Assembly (NCBI GenBank): GCA_038087875.1
Contig: CM075980.1
Location: 62,248,001-62,312,000 of the forward strand
Length of the DNA stretch: 64,000 nt
Direction of reading: 5' to 3'
DNA from: Malacoraja senta
Taxonomy: Eukaryota
A model generated the notes under the pieces. It did not search any database. It was not told the origin of the DNA and worked only from the letters and a program-made list of their open reading frames with translations. The position numbers and the translations under genes were made by a program. Of the stretch, positions 24,126-38,609 are shown piece after piece; position 1 is the first letter of the stretch, and the number at the start of each line of letters is the position of its first letter.

Positions 24126-26138
24126 TATCTGATTCTACCACCTCCTCTCCCAGATATCTACTCTCTGTGTAAAAACCCTACCTCTCAAATCCCCTTTAAA
24201 ATTCATTCTTCTCACCTTAAACCTATGTTCTATTGTTTTTGATACCTCTTTGGTGTGAAATTGATCTGACTATCTATGCTTCTTATAATTTTATACAGCT
24301 TTATCAGGTCACCACTCAGGCTCTTTCACCTTAGGCAGTGCATTCTAGATTGCAATCGCTCTTTGTCTGAAAACATTGCTCACAGATCCATTCTGAATCT
24401 CCTACCTCTCACCCTATACCTATGCTCTCTTGTTTTAGGCAATCCCCACGAAGGGAAAAAAAATTCTAACTCTCTATCCCATTAAAATTCTCCCACTACG
24501 AGAACGCTATTGCTCTTACACCGTTCAGCAATTTGACAATATTTTGAATCCTTTAATTCCCACTAACTATTGGAGACGTATAGTATAATCCCAGCAACGC
24601 GATTGCCCCTCCAAGTGATTGGTGTTGTATTAAACTCCAATAACTCAACATATTATATCCTGTTGCAGAATCACAATGTCCTCCTCACAACATGCCCTTC
24701 CACCTATTTCCATAGCATTGATAATGTCCCTCATTATCCTAGTAACAAGACAAGCTCTCTCCACAGCAATCCTGGCCTCACCCCATCCTATTTATCCTAT
24801 CCATTCCTCATCCTCATTCCTCAAATGAATGAGACTAAGTTGCCAGTGTGTGTAATCCATGCTTTACCTATGTCAGAGGTTGTCAGAGGTTATGGGGCGA
24901 AGGCAGGAGAATGGGGTTAGGATGGAGAGATAGATCACCCATGATTGAATGGCGAGTAGACGTGATGGGACGAATGGCCTAATTCTACTCCTATTCCTTA
25001 TGACCTTACCACCTCATTAAATTCCGTCATCTGTAGAAATAATCCCGCTTGGAACCTTTACACCTACTCAGACGTTATCTGTAACTGACCTGTCCTGTCC
25101 AGAACTGTGCAGGTTTATTTCTTCAAAGTCTGTTTGTATTTTAACATTTATATCCCCTCTCAGGCGGTACCTCCCACTCTATTTTAATGATTATGTGGGG
25201 CAGACAGACTTCGCAGTGGGGCATGTAGATATTGCATGGCAGCTCAGAGCAATTGCTTTGTTTCTGCTGTTTATGCTCCACTCGGACACTATTTAGTGTC
25301 CTCCTGGATACTTCCTGCCAGTTTGGTGGCCTTTTCCCAGAAAATTCTCCAATCTGAAAACAATTCCCCAAACCACAGATTTTTGGAAGATTAAGTTTGA
25401 ATGCATGAAACATTATCATTTACTTCCTTTGAAATCTTTGGATGGAAACACCATCTATACATTTCCTCCACAGATGCTGCCTGACTCGCTGAGTTCCTCC
25501 AGCACTTAATGTTCCATACTCAATATTCCAGCATTTTCTTGTGTCTAGCATTCTAGCAGTTTCTTGTGTCTTCGTGGCCCTGGAGATTTGCCATCCTTCC
25601 ATTCCAATGCTTTATTTTGATGAGCCCTATCTCTTGACTGAATGCAAGTTTCCTCTGGTAATCCAGCCAATTATTGTACAAGTAGTTCTGCTTTAGTGCG
25701 ATTATTGTCTTAGGAAACCTTGTGTCAGAGAAATATGTGTCAAAGGGGGAAAGAGAATTGGAGGCTAGCGAGTTTCAGACGTGCAATAACAAAATGTAAT
25801 TTTTCTCACAAGATATTCAAAAATTAAGATATTTTCAATAGCAATAAGTTTACTTTTGTTATTACAAGGATAAAATATTAAATGCTGTATATTACATTGA
25901 GGAAAAAACAAAAGGCTGCAGGAACTCAGCAGATCAAGGCGCAATTGTGGAGGGAAATAACAGATGATGACTGGGGTCAAAACCCTTCTTCAGACTCAGT
26001 CTGTCCATTCCCTCCAAAAATGCTGCCTGACCGGCTGAGTTCTTCCAGTATTTGCTCTTTGTTCAAGATTCCAGCATCTGCTGTTCTTTGTGTCTCCTCT
26101 GTACGCTATATTGTTTAACAGAGTATCATTGTCAATAG

Positions 26139-26312
26139 TTAGACACAAAATGCTGGAGTAACAGGCAGCATCCCTGGAGAGAAGGAATGGGTGATGTTTC
26201 GGGTCGAGACCCTTCTTTAGGGTCTGCAGAGATGCTGCCTGTCCCACTGAGTTACTCCAGCATTTTGTGTCTACTTTCGATTTAAACCAGCATCTGCAGT
26301 TCTTTCCTACAC
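26139..26312. mobile_element. 174-bp Penelope-derived fold-back insert with 14-bp TSD
   Basis: TSD ATCATTGTCAATAG at 26125-26138 and 26313-26326. Perfect inverted arms agacacaaaatgctggagtaac (26141-26162) and gttactccagcattttgtgtct (26251-26272), with a hammerhead remnant on the minus strand between them. Confidence 0.8.
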
Positions 26313-28049
26313 ATCATTGTCAATAGAACAAGTGTCAATAGAAGCGCTTGCTTGTCAGTTTCAATAACCACCCATGGTTAAAGTAGCAGTTGTGTTCTGT
26401 GTGATAACTAGTGTATGGGTGATCAACGGTCGGCATGGGCTGAAGGGCTTGTTTCCATGCTGTATTTCTAAACTAAACTAAGCAAGTGACAATGGTGTCT
26501 GATTACTGTGGGGGATGGAAACATGGAAACAGTTTTTCTCCCCTCTACTGTTTAAATGCTAGACAGCTATTTTCTGTTTGTCAAATTCCAAAGTAACTTT
26601 AAAATAGTTCTTTAGTTCCCCTTTGAAATCATATTATAACAAATTTGTCCTGCATAATAGGGTTTAATAATACAAATAGGTCTAATTCATCATTCGCATT
26701 ATATCCAATTCCTGTTATGGAAACACAAGTTATAGCAGAACCATCTGTAATGTAAATACAAATGTTCTACGACTTATGTTAGGGTTACATCCATTGCACG
26801 AGTCAGAGGTCACGCAATTTGGAAACAGAGGTGCTACTGTGCTTGCATAAATTTACTATTCGGAGCGGAGGCCACGGGGGAGCTTCGACACGGAAGCCAC
26901 GTGGGCTTCCTGGCGCGGAGGCCACGTGGACTTTTCAACATGGGAGCTTCGCCGCGGAGGCCACAGGGGAGCATCTACGAGAACAGATGACTGGCTTGCA
27001 GAAATGGCCATATTTGATGGCAGCAGCACACTGCTACCGAGACATGCAGCTCGGATATAAAGCAGTGGGCTTAAATAACTGCTTACGTACTGTAGGTGCG
27101 AGTTTACTTAACTCACCCATTACGTAAAGTGCCCGCTCTGACATGAAATAATGTTTTAATAAGATTAGTGTTCCTTTATTTTCATTTACAATATACAAGG
27201 TATTTACTTGGCAGGTTATTGTGCCTCTATTTCTGAATAATCACTGCAAATATTTTAATGCTCATTTGTATAATCTGGGCAAATTTTGTGTTTTTTCTCG
27301 TTCATATTTGGTTATTTCGTAAATTGGATAAAAGCAAATTTATTGAGTTTCTAATGCACATTGACTCAATGTTGAATTAACAGCTGAAACAGACGTACAC
27401 AAGTCATTATCTAATTACCGACGGAACCGAGACGGCAGACTGACCAAACCTGAAATATTCCAGGTATGTAACATATAGAAACAGCAGGTGAAAAGGGGAA
27501 GAATGTGGGTGTAGTTGTTTTAATGAGTTAATGACATTAGTTCAGTAGTGTGAATGAATCTTGGTCTGACAGGTTGTTGCATTGAATTAGAATCAATTTG
27601 GGTGAAACTGAGCAGCAGCGGGGGAGGGGGTGGGGGCAGAAGAAAATGGTGGACGTTATTTTGTTATGATGTAGTGCTTGGTAAAATGAGAACATTAGAG
27701 ATGCCTGTAAAAGGCATAATACAGTAATAATGGGAACAGTGATCTATGTATAGTGTGTGCAAATCAAATTTGTATTAACAATGGAGAGGATGAATTTCTG
27801 GAATGTATACCTGATGGATTTCTGGGTCAGTAGGCTGAGGCACTGATTAGGGTACAGGTTATTCTAGATCTAATATCACACAAAGAGAAAGTGTAATTAT
27901 TATTTTGTTGGAATGGTGAAAAAGTGATCATATGATAGATTGTACATTAAGCTCTGAACTAGGGTTTTCAATCTATAAAGAGGAAACTGCAAAGTTAATC
28001 AGCTGAGCTCTGGTAGATCGGGAAATTGTTAAAGGACATGACAGTAATA

Positions 28050-28470
28050 GATCGTAGAACAGTACGTGCAGGGACAGACCCTTCGGCCCACAATGTTTGT
28101 GCCCAACATGATGCCAGATTAAACTAATCTCTTCTGTCTGCACATGATCCATATTCCTCCATTCCCTGCACATCCATGTGCTTATCTAAATTCTCTTAAA
28201 TGCCTCTGTTGTATCCGCCGCCACCACTACCCTTGGAAGTGCATTCCTGGCACTCATCACACTCTGTGTAAAAAAAATGTCCTGCACATCTCTTTTAAAT
28301 TTTGCCTCCTTCACCGTAAAACTATGCATAGTTCCACACTGGGAAAAACATTTCTGAATGTCTACCCTACTAATGCCTCTCTTGATTTTATATACTTCTA
28401 ACTGGTCTCCCCTCTGCCTCTGACGCCAGAAAAAACAATCCAAATTTATCCAACCTCTCCTATTGATTGT
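28050..28470 (-). mobile_element. CR1 3' fragment
   Basis: ORF ...RGDQLEVYKIKRGISRVD...FFTQSVMSARNALPRVVV and a CR1 3'UTR. Confidence 0.8.
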
Positions 28471-29242
28471 TGGGAGGTCTCTCATATACCCCTGCAAAAT
28501 GACAAACCCTTTTGTGTTTCTAATCTCTACCCACTTGGCCACGTTTAAGGAGGTATCTAGGATCTCCTCCCTCAATTCTGAGGCAATGCAATTTTTAACA
28601 AAGAGTGCAATACTCTCTCCTCTTGTACTCCCCTCTCTGCCTTAAAATTCTATACCCTGAGATATTGAGCTGCCAGTCCTGCCATTCTTCTGCCATGTCT
28701 CAGTAATGGCACCAGTATTGTGGAACCCCGTAATAATTAAAGTTTTGAGTACATCTACTTTATCAATGATCCTCCTTGCATTAAAATAGATGCAGTTTAG
28801 CTTTGAATAAACCTTGATGTTTATTTATTCCTGTGTTCTGCTTACTGGACACTAATATTTTATCCTCTTGGTGCTTGTATCTCTCCATCTGACCAACTAC
28901 TCTGAAGTCCCTTGCTCTCCCAACACAGTTTAAACTTTCTCCAGGCAGTGCTATCAAACCTCCCAGGAAGGATGTTGGTCCCACTCTGGTTAAGGTGAAT
29001 CTGTCCCACTAGTAAAGGTCCCACCTTCACCAAAAACGGTCCCAATGATCCAGGCAAGTAAAACCCATCCTTCTGCATCATCCCTTCAGCCAGACATGCA
29101 TCTGACCTATCCTTCTATTCCTTTACAAGTTCATGGCATTGGAAGCAAGCCAGAAATTATAACCTTTGAGGCACTGCTCTTTAGCGGCTACTTAGCTCCT
29201 ACTGTCAATTCCTGTTGCTTGACCTCATTCCCTCTCCTAGCA

Positions 29243-30555
29243 TGTCCAGTCACTATACACCTCCACCCCCCACCAGGAGGGTCTTAAAGCCCTCCGTTTC
29301 TTCCTGGACCGCAGAACTAACCAATCCCCTCTCCTCCGCCTAGCAGAGCTGGTCCTTACCCTTAATAACTTTTCATTTGACTCCTCCCATTTCCTCCAAA
29401 TACAAGGCGTAGCTATGGGCACGCGCATGGGCCCTAGCTATGCCTGCCTCTTTGTAGGGTATATCGAACAATCTTTGTTCGAGGTGTACCGTGGCCCTAT
29501 CCCCGAACTCTACCTCCGCCACATCGACGACTGCATTGGTGCTACCTCCTGCATCCACACACAACTCACTGACTTCATCCATTTCATCACTAACTTCCAT
29601 CCGGCACTCAAATACACCTGGACTATTTCCAACATTTCACTACCATTTCTTGATCTCACTATCTCCATCGCAGATGATAGACTACTGACCAACATCCACT
29701 ATAAACCCACTGACTCCCATGGCTATCTGGACTACACTTCTTCCCACCCTGCTTCCTGTAAGGACTCCATCCCCTACTCCCAATTCCTCCGTCTACGCCG
29801 CATCTGCACCCAGGATGAGGTGTTCAACACCAGGGCATCGGAGATGTTCTCATTCTTCAGGGAACGGGGGTTCCCCTCTTCTACTACAGATGAGCCTCTC
29901 ACCAGGGTCTCTTCTATACCCCATAACTCTGCTCTCACTCCCCATCCCCCCACTCGTAACAAGGGCAGAGTCCCCCTTGTCCTCACCTTCCACTCTACCA
30001 GCCGTCGCATACAACAAATAATCCTCCGATATTTTCGCCGCCTCCAACGTGATCCCACCACTTGCCACATCTTCCCATCTCCTCCCGTTTGCTTTCCGCA
30101 GAGACCGTTCCCTCCGTAACTCCCTGGTCAATTCATCCCTTCTCACCCACACCACCCCCTCTCCTGGCACTTTCCCTTGCACCTGCAGGAAATGCTACAC
30201 TTGTCGCTTTACCTCCCACCTTGACTCCATTCAAGGACCCAAGCAGTCTTTCCAGGTGCGGCAGAGGTTCACCTGCACCTCCTCCAACCTCATCTATTGC
30301 ATCTGCTGTTCGAGATGTCAGCTGCTCTACATCGGTGAAACCAAGCGTAGGCTTGGCGATCGCTTCGCCCAAAACCTCCGCTCGGTTCGCAATAACCAAC
30401 CTGATCTCCTGGTGGCTCAGCACTTCAACTCCCCCTCCCATTCCAAATCCGACCTTTCTGTCCTGGGCCTCCCTCCATGGCCAGAGTGAGGAGCACCGTA
30501 AATTGGAGGAGCAGAACCTCATATTCCGCTTGGGCAGTTTGCACCCCAGCGGGAT
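29243..30555 (+). mobile_element. Penelope-like element fragment (RT C-terminus + GIY-YIG endonuclease), frameshifted
   Basis: VQSLYTS, GVAMGTRMGPSYACLFVG, YLRHIDD, LPFLDL, YKPTDSHGYLDYTSSHP, then SNLIYCICCSRCQLLYIGETKRRLGDRF. Confidence 0.93.
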
Positions 30556-30661
30556 GGCTTATTTTGTGATATTTATTGAGATAGAAAGATACAACTGAGT
30601 TTGGGCAACATATTACCTTGCAACATTCTGTATGTCTGATAGATATTGTGAAATGGAACTG

Positions 30662-31364
30662 AGAAATTATGGGAGGATTACATAAAACTACAATTCAAAG
30701 GTAATGAATATACTGACTATTCTTATTTCCATCATGAACATACAATAATGATATAGGACACCAGGTCCTACTATGGTAAACTCACGAGCTACTACGGTAT
30801 AACTACGTGTAAAAAAGTATCAAATGTTTACATCCCGAGTATATATTACTCATGGACATTTTTCAACATGTTGTAAAATCTTCACGAGTTACCACGTTTC
30901 CCGAGTACCTGCCGTTAGCGCTAAGAGACGTCCCGAGCTCCGAGGTACCCGCTACGTTCATTATACGTGCTTACCACGAGTTTTGATTTTTTTTTAAACT
31001 CGGGAGAGCTCTTGGGTGAACTCGCACAGTGGGACAGGGCTTTTACAATGCTTACAGCGCCAGAGACCTGCGTTCGATCCTGACTATGGGTGCTGTCTGT
31101 ACGGAGTTTGTACGTTCTTCCCGTGACCGCATGAGTTTTCTCCAAGATCTTTAGTTTCCTCTCACACTCCAAAGACGTACAGGTTTGTAGGTTAATTGGC
31201 TTGGTATAAATGTAAATTGTCCCTAGTGTGTGTAGGATAGTGTTAATGTGCTGGGATCGCTGGTGGGTGCGGACTCGGTGGGCTGAAGGGCCTGCTTCTG
31301 TGCTGTATCTCTAAACTAAACTGAACCAAACTAATCAGCTCACAAAATATACCATCTACCACAT
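30662..31364 (+). repeat. ~703-bp direct repeat, copy 1 (left flank of the L1); contains a MITE fragment and a V-SINE
   Basis: Matches 36228-36929 with about 10 substitutions and 1 indel (hand count). Confidence 0.95.
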
Positions 31365-34300
31365 GTTGAAGATACTGTATAAGGGACATGGATGAGATAA
31401 TATTAATATTTAACTTTCTAACTATTATATTCTAATTATAATTAACCAACTAATTTAACAAATTTAATTATACTAATGATTAGTGATTGTATGTAGTAAA
31501 TATGAATAAATCATGTATAAACCATTGCTTATAAATTGTAATTAACCAAAATGTCTATAACATTACTAACGTATTTTTCTTGTGTGGGAACGCAACATAA
31601 ACTTGGAAAAGATCCAGGAATGAGGTTAACCCCTCGGTACCTGCTTGTTTTTACTTTTTAATATTTACTCTCTGAGTTTTTTTGCTTTTTACTAGTGCTA
31701 GTTTGATAAATTTAAATAAGAATAAACAAGATATGAGACGGTCTGTAGTTTTTTACGAGGTGTTAATAAGGGATTGGGGTTCAATGTAAAACAACATCAA
31801 TGGAAGTCTATACATTTTTCGCCACCTTAGGTGGCTATTCGTCTTTAAGGTATCTTTTCTTAGATACCTTCATTTCACTTTTTTTTTAAAATCACTATAT
31901 AAATTTGTATTTGCTTAGTTTTTGTGTAATCAATTTTAAATCACAATTTTTCTTGCTTTATCTAAGGTACTTTTGGAGAAGGAGATGTAATATAAACTTA
32001 AAAACTTGGAATGACCACCCAACGCTCAGAATTCTGAGGTATTTGTTTGCACCATATGATTCAAGAATACTACTTTGATATAAAATGCAAAATGATAGAC
32101 AAATAAAGAATGGAGGAATCACATTCTGTAGTTGGAATATAAGGGGTGCCAATGAACCAATAAAGAGGGGTAACATTTTTGCTCACCTAAAATCTTTGAA
32201 AAGTGACATAATTTACTTGCAAGAAACTCACATGAAACAACAAACACAAATGAGATTAAAGGCGAAGTGGATAGGCCAAACATATTATTCGTCATTTACT
32301 TCTAAATCTGGAGGTACGGCTATTCTTATTCGAAAAGGTATACCTTTCAAATTAAAGAATACTATATCAGATAAAGAGGGAAGGTATATCATAGTTTCGG
32401 GAGAAATTTATGCTACCCAATAACTATGGTAAATATTTACGCTCCGAATTTTGATAACCCTCAATTTTTTGATAAAATTATAGATATAATATTAGAGTTT
32501 AATTATCAAAATGTGATAATAGGGTGGGATTTCAACTGTGTTTTAGATCCATACTTAGACAAATCAGTAAAACAAAGAAGGAGTAATTTAAAATCTAAGA
32601 CTAGTGAACTTCTAAATACATATATAAAAAATACTAATATAACAGATGTATGGAGATCTGCTAATCCAGCAGGAAGGGAATATTCGTTTTACTCTTCGGT
32701 ACATAAAAATATTCAAGAATTGATTATTTTTTAGTGGATATGAAATTAATGCCATATACAATGAATCCAACATACCACATTAGTAGTATTTCTGATCACT
32801 CTCCGTTGACTTTTTCAGTAAAATTTGAGGGAATGCCGGGTAAAAACTTTTTTTGGAGATTTAATACATATATATTAAATGACTTACAGGGTTATCAATA
32901 CTTAAAACAACAAATGAAATTATTTTTTGAGATAAATGATACACCAGGTACCTCACCTTCTTTACTATGGGAAACTTTTAAAGCATTTATTAGAGGAATT
33001 ATAATTTCATACAAAATTTTTCAAAATAAAAAGAATAAAACAGAACAAACGTTGTTAGAACAAGAAATAAGACAGTTAGAGTTAGATAATGCTAAAGATT
33101 CCACTATAGATAAACATATTAAGATAATATTACTGAAATTTAAACTTAATCGAATTCTCTCGGCAAGAGTAATAAGATTATTCCAAATTACAAAACAGGA
33201 ACATTTTGAGTTTGGTGACAAACCACATAAGCTGTTAGCGCGCCAACTGAAAAAACAAGAAAAAGAAAATACTATAAATAAAATTAAATCCGAGAATGGT
33301 GAATTACTAATACTACCTAAAGATATTAATAAAAGATTTGCTCAATTTTATCAAAATTTATATACATCAAAAACTAAAACAGAAGATAGTAAAATTAAAT
33401 TTTTTTTAGATAATTGTAATCTACCAAAACTTGATCTTTTGGAACAAGAAGAACTCGGAGCGCAAATTACAATCGAAGAAATAGGTGAAACAATAAAATC
33501 GTTGTTTCACCTATAAAACCGGGACCAGATGGTTTTAGTAATGAATTTTATAAAAAATTTCATGAGATAACGACCCCCTATTTATTTAATTTATATACTC
33601 ACGCTTTTAAAGAAAATAAATTACCTGAAACATTAGCAGAATCAACTATCATGCTTATTCCAAAGAAAGATAAAGATCTAGAGGAACCGGGCTCATATAG
33701 AGCTATATCACTTTTAAATACAGATCAGAAAATTTTAGCAAAAACCTTAGCCAGAAGATTAAGCAAATATATTAGTAAATTGATAAATCCTGATCAAACG
33801 GGGTTTATACCCACAAGATATTCATTTAATAATTTGAGACGCCTGTTTAATATAATGTACTCACATAAAGTGGAGGAAGAAGACATATCAATTATTTCTT
33901 TGGACGCAAAGAAAGCATTTGATCAGGTAGAATGGCAGTATTTATACAAAGTATTACAAAAATTTAATATGGGAGAGAATTTTATTACATGGGTGAAATT
34001 ATTATATGATAAACCGATGGCAAGAATATTAACTAATAGTATGTTATCTCAAAAATTTCAATTATCGAGGGGTAATAGGCAGGGATGTGCTTTATCACCC
34101 CTGCTATTTGCCCTTATGATAAAACCTTTGGCCGAAAGTATAAGAAGTCATCCGAATATTCAGGGTTATAATACTAGGGACTCAAATAATAAAATTTCAT
34201 TATATGCAGACGATATTCTGTTATATATAACAAACTCACAAACGAGCATACCAAATTTATTAAACTTAATAGAGGAATTTGGGTCCTTTTCTGGATATAG

Positions 34301-36227
34301 AATAAATTGGAACAAAAGTGAAATCATGACGTTAAAACCTCAAGAATCCACACACTTACTGAAGTTCCCCATTAAAATAGCAACAGAAAAATTTAAATAT
34401 CTGGGTATTCAGATTACTAGAAAACATAAAGCTTTATTTAATGTCAATTTTATACCTTTAATAAATAAACTTAATATAATGATTACATTTTGGAAAACCC
34501 TTTATCACTAATAGGTAGAATAAACGCTATAAAAATGATCTTTCTACCACAGTTATTATACCTATTTCAGTCTATACCAGTATATGTACCAAAATATTTA
34601 TTTTCTAAATTAAACTCTAATATTACTAATTTTGTTTGGGACTATAAATCACATTGAATTAAAAAAGAACACTTATGTAAACCAAAAGATGTCGGCGGAC
34701 TTTCACTCCCGAATTTTCTGTATTACTATTGGGCAATACATATTAAGAATATAATTTACTGGTTGGATAGTTCAACCCAACAGACAGAATGGATAAAAAT
34801 GGAGAAAGAGGATTGTTATCCTTGTAATATAGGAACGATCCTCTTCTCCCCGAAAAAAATGAACAATACAATATATAAGAAGAACCCAATTATATGAGAT
34901 ACAATAAGAATATGGAAACAAATAAAATTATCCTTAAAATTAAGAAACCTATCATTGTTAACACCGATAGCGAATAATCCTTTATTTAAACCATCTATGA
35001 TGGACAAAATATATAATCAATGGGAAAGTTTAGGAATTAAAAGGATCGGGGACATGTATGAAATGGGAGATTTACTATCATTTCAACAATTACAATTAAA
35101 ATTTAAACTGAAAAACAATCATTATTTTAAATATTTTCAGATTTGCAATTTCTTGAAGACATACATACAGGGATATCAAAAAATAATTCCTGATTTATTG
35201 GAAGAAGTAATGAATATTAAAGCTGATACACAAAAATTAATATCATATTTATATAATAGTATTTTAAATATAGATTTACCTGCGACTGAGGTAATTAGAG
35301 AAGAGTGGGAATGGGAATTAATGATAAAAATTACAAAGGTTACATGGGAAAAGTATTTGACATACATTCACAAATGTTCGATTAATGCAAGACATAATCT
35401 AATCCAATTTAAAATTTTACATAGATTGTATTACTCAAAAACAAGATTAAATAAATTTTACCCAAATATATCCCCCACTTGCGATAAATGTTTAATCCAA
35501 GATGCAACTATAACACACTCTTTTGTTTCCTGTATAAAACTTTATAGATTTTGGAGTGATATTTTCGAAATATTCACAAAATTATTTAAGATAAAAATGG
35601 AACCTAATAATGAATTGATTATATTTGGGGTAATGGAAGATGGGAATAAATTGAATCCATCTCAAAAAATATTTTTAAATTATGGTTTAATAATAGCAAA
35701 AAAATTAATATTGAAATTTTGGAAAAATACACCGATACCAACGCTCAAAATGTGGATTGGACACCGCAAATGTATGTTGGACACTGCACATTTTGAGGAA
35801 ATGCGATTCCTCCTAATAGATAAATTTGACCAATTCATAACGAGTTGGTCTCCATTTGTCGTCTTTTTGGAATCATATGGTGCAACACAATTGTAAAAGC
35901 TAACTCGTGACTGGGCGAGGGATGGTCAAGGTTATAAATAAGATCTCCTTACTTCTTTTTTCTTTTACTTTCCTTTTCTTCTTTTATTTTCTTTTTCCTA
36001 TTTTCTATTCCTTAACTTTCTTCTTTCACTCTCTATTTTTCTTTTTCACACACTATATATCTCACATTTTTCTATTTTTCATTATCTAACTTCTTTTTCT
36101 CCTTTATTATAAAACTTTTAAAAATAAGAAGCTGTACATAGAATGCATTATGAAAATATGATTGTATACAATTGTACTTCTAATAAAATAAAAGTATTAA
36201 AAAAAAAAAAAAAGATATTAAAAAAAA
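31365..36227 (+). mobile_element. 5'-truncated L1-clade LINE with full-length but disrupted ORF2 (about 32085-35896) and poly(A) tail
   Basis: APE endonuclease (SWNIRG, YLQETH, NIYAPN, DFN, SDH), RT (YRAISLLNTD, QGCALSPLLF, LYADD), C-terminal Cys/His motif (CDKC...HSFVSC), then AATAAA and poly(A). Several stops and frameshifts. Confidence 0.95.
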
Positions 36228-36929
36228 AGAAATTATGGGAGGATTACATAAAACTACAATTCAAAGGTAATGAATATACTGACTATTCTTATTTCCATCA
36301 TGAACATACAATAGTGATATAGGACACCAGGTCCTACTACGGTAAACTCACGAGCTACTACGGTATAACTACGTGTAAAAAAGTATCAAATTTTTACATC
36401 CCGAGTATATTTTACTCATGGACATTTTTCAACATGTTGTAAAATCTTCGCGAGTTACCACGTTTCCCGAGTACCTGCCGTTAGCGCTAAGAGACGTCCC
36501 GAGCTCCGAGGTACCCGCTACGTTCATTATACGTGCTTACCACGAGTTTTGATTTTTTTTAAACTCGGGAGAGCTCTTGGGTGAACTCGCACAGTGGGAC
36601 AGGGCTTTTACAATGCTTACAGCGCCAGAGACCTGCGTTCGATCCTGACTATGGGTGCTGTCTGTACGGAGTTTGTACGTTCTTCCCGTGACCGCATGAG
36701 TTTTCTCCGAGATCTTTAGTTTCCTCTCACACTCCAAAGACGTACAGGTTTGTAGGTTAATTGGCTTGGTATAAATGTAAATTGTCCCTAGTGTGTGTAG
36801 GATAGTGTTAATGTGCGGGGATCGTTGGTGGCTGCGGACTCGGTGGGCTGAAGGGCCTGCTTCTGTGCTGTATCTCTAAACTAACCTGAACCAAACTAAT
36901 CAGCTCACAAAATATACCATCTACCACAT
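36228..36929 (+). repeat. ~702-bp direct repeat, copy 2 (right flank of the L1)
   Basis: Begins immediately after the L1 poly(A) tail and matches 30662-31364. Confidence 0.95.
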
Positions 36930-38609
36930 TTTCTGCATCCTGAATACTCCATAGCAAGTCCATCCATCGCCAGCTGTCTCTGCTCATGGCCAGGTAATGC
37001 AACTGGACACAATTCTGGCAGGTGTAGTCTGGTCTCCCACACCCTGCAGGAGGATCTTATCCCTGTCTTAGTCTTCATAAAAATAAGTAATCATCCATTT
37101 AAGATAGAGATGAGGGTTTTTTTTCCTCAGGCAGCTGTAAGTCTTTATATTATTATCTCACTTAAAAACAGATGGAAACAGAGTCTGCTTATATTTAAGG
37201 CAGAGGAATATAGATTATTGATAAGCAGTGTAAAGTTACATAATTATGTGGGAATAGGGGAGATTATAATCAGAACTGTAATCTTATTGAAAGATGGACT
37301 AGAGGGACCGAATGATCTCCTCCCAAGTCATAAATTGTAACATTTGCATATGAGTAGTTCAGTTGCTCTGGTGAGTGGTGACCCTTGGCATGTTGATCAT
37401 GGGGGACTCAACAATAGCAATGCCAGAAAAAGTGAAGGCTGGATGGTTGGACGTTCTCGTGTTAGAGGTGGCTATTGCTTTGCGCACGAGTGGTATGAAT
37501 ATTACTTGCCACTTAGATTATCTTCAAACCAGGGCTGCTTCATTTGCTTCATCCAGTACCCTCAGCTATTTCTTCCTATCACCTGAAGTGAATGGAATTG
37601 GCTGTAGACTGGCTCCATTACAGAGGAGGGAGGAATTCAGGAGGATGCTAAGATGGATCATATATTCAACACTTCCACCTCAACATATTTGTGAATGTTT
37701 CAGCCTTGTTTTTGTCACTCACATGCTAGACCTAGGCACGATATTAAACTATTTTTGTGCCTCACCCCCAAAGCTGGCTGACTGTCACGTTACCCACTGA
37801 ACTATTTGCCCGATTTACAGTGGACAGCCCCTGTCTCATTGTATGAAAATTAACCTTACCAAAGCTGCAATCTTTGTAATAAGAACAGAAAATGCTGGAA
37901 ACACTCAGCAGGTCAGGCAGCATCTGTGGAAAGAGAAACAGAGTTAATGCTTCTGGTCGAAGACCTTACATAAGAACTGGTGAAATGGAGAAATCAAATT
38001 GCAGAGAAGGATAGAAGGAAGAAAGGGGAATCTCTGTGATAGACAGAGACCAAGTGAGACACCTATGCCCCTTCTCTGCAATGTAAAATATGTTTGATTT
38101 CTAACTTCACTCAGTTCAGATGAGAGGTCGTCAACCTGAAATGTTAACTCTGCTACTTTCTCCACAAATGCTGTGTAATCTGTGGAGTACCTCCAGCATT
38201 TTCTATCTTTATTTCAGATTTGCAGCATATGCATTGTTGGCTTTTCATTTTCAGTATTTGTACAAATTACATTTCTTTCTTTCAAACATGATGTTATAAA
38301 GTATCTTATTATGATCACTAAAAGGGAAATGAATATGCAACAAAGCTGGATCATTGCTAGATTAATAGGTTTCCTACCTTGATGTTTCTAGGATGCCTTT
38401 ACATATAACCATGCTGAACATATTCCAGAGATACACCTGGTCAGAAATTGTTCAGAGCCTCAGAAGGCAACGTGTGCGGGCAGCTTTAGTTCTCATCCTG
38501 CAGCACATGACCTGAGGCATCTTGTGGAATAAATCAGGTCTTACACAAGTAAATGAGCACAAGCAAAGGCTTCTGTGTTAGAGCCAGTGGAGGAATAGGG
38601 CCCAGTTGT

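Noticed and set aside
30662-36929. LTR retrotransposon interpretation of the direct repeats
   Set aside because: No TG..CA ends, PBS or PPT. The interior is an APE-RT L1 with poly(A), and the repeats contain ordinary SINE and MITE sequence.
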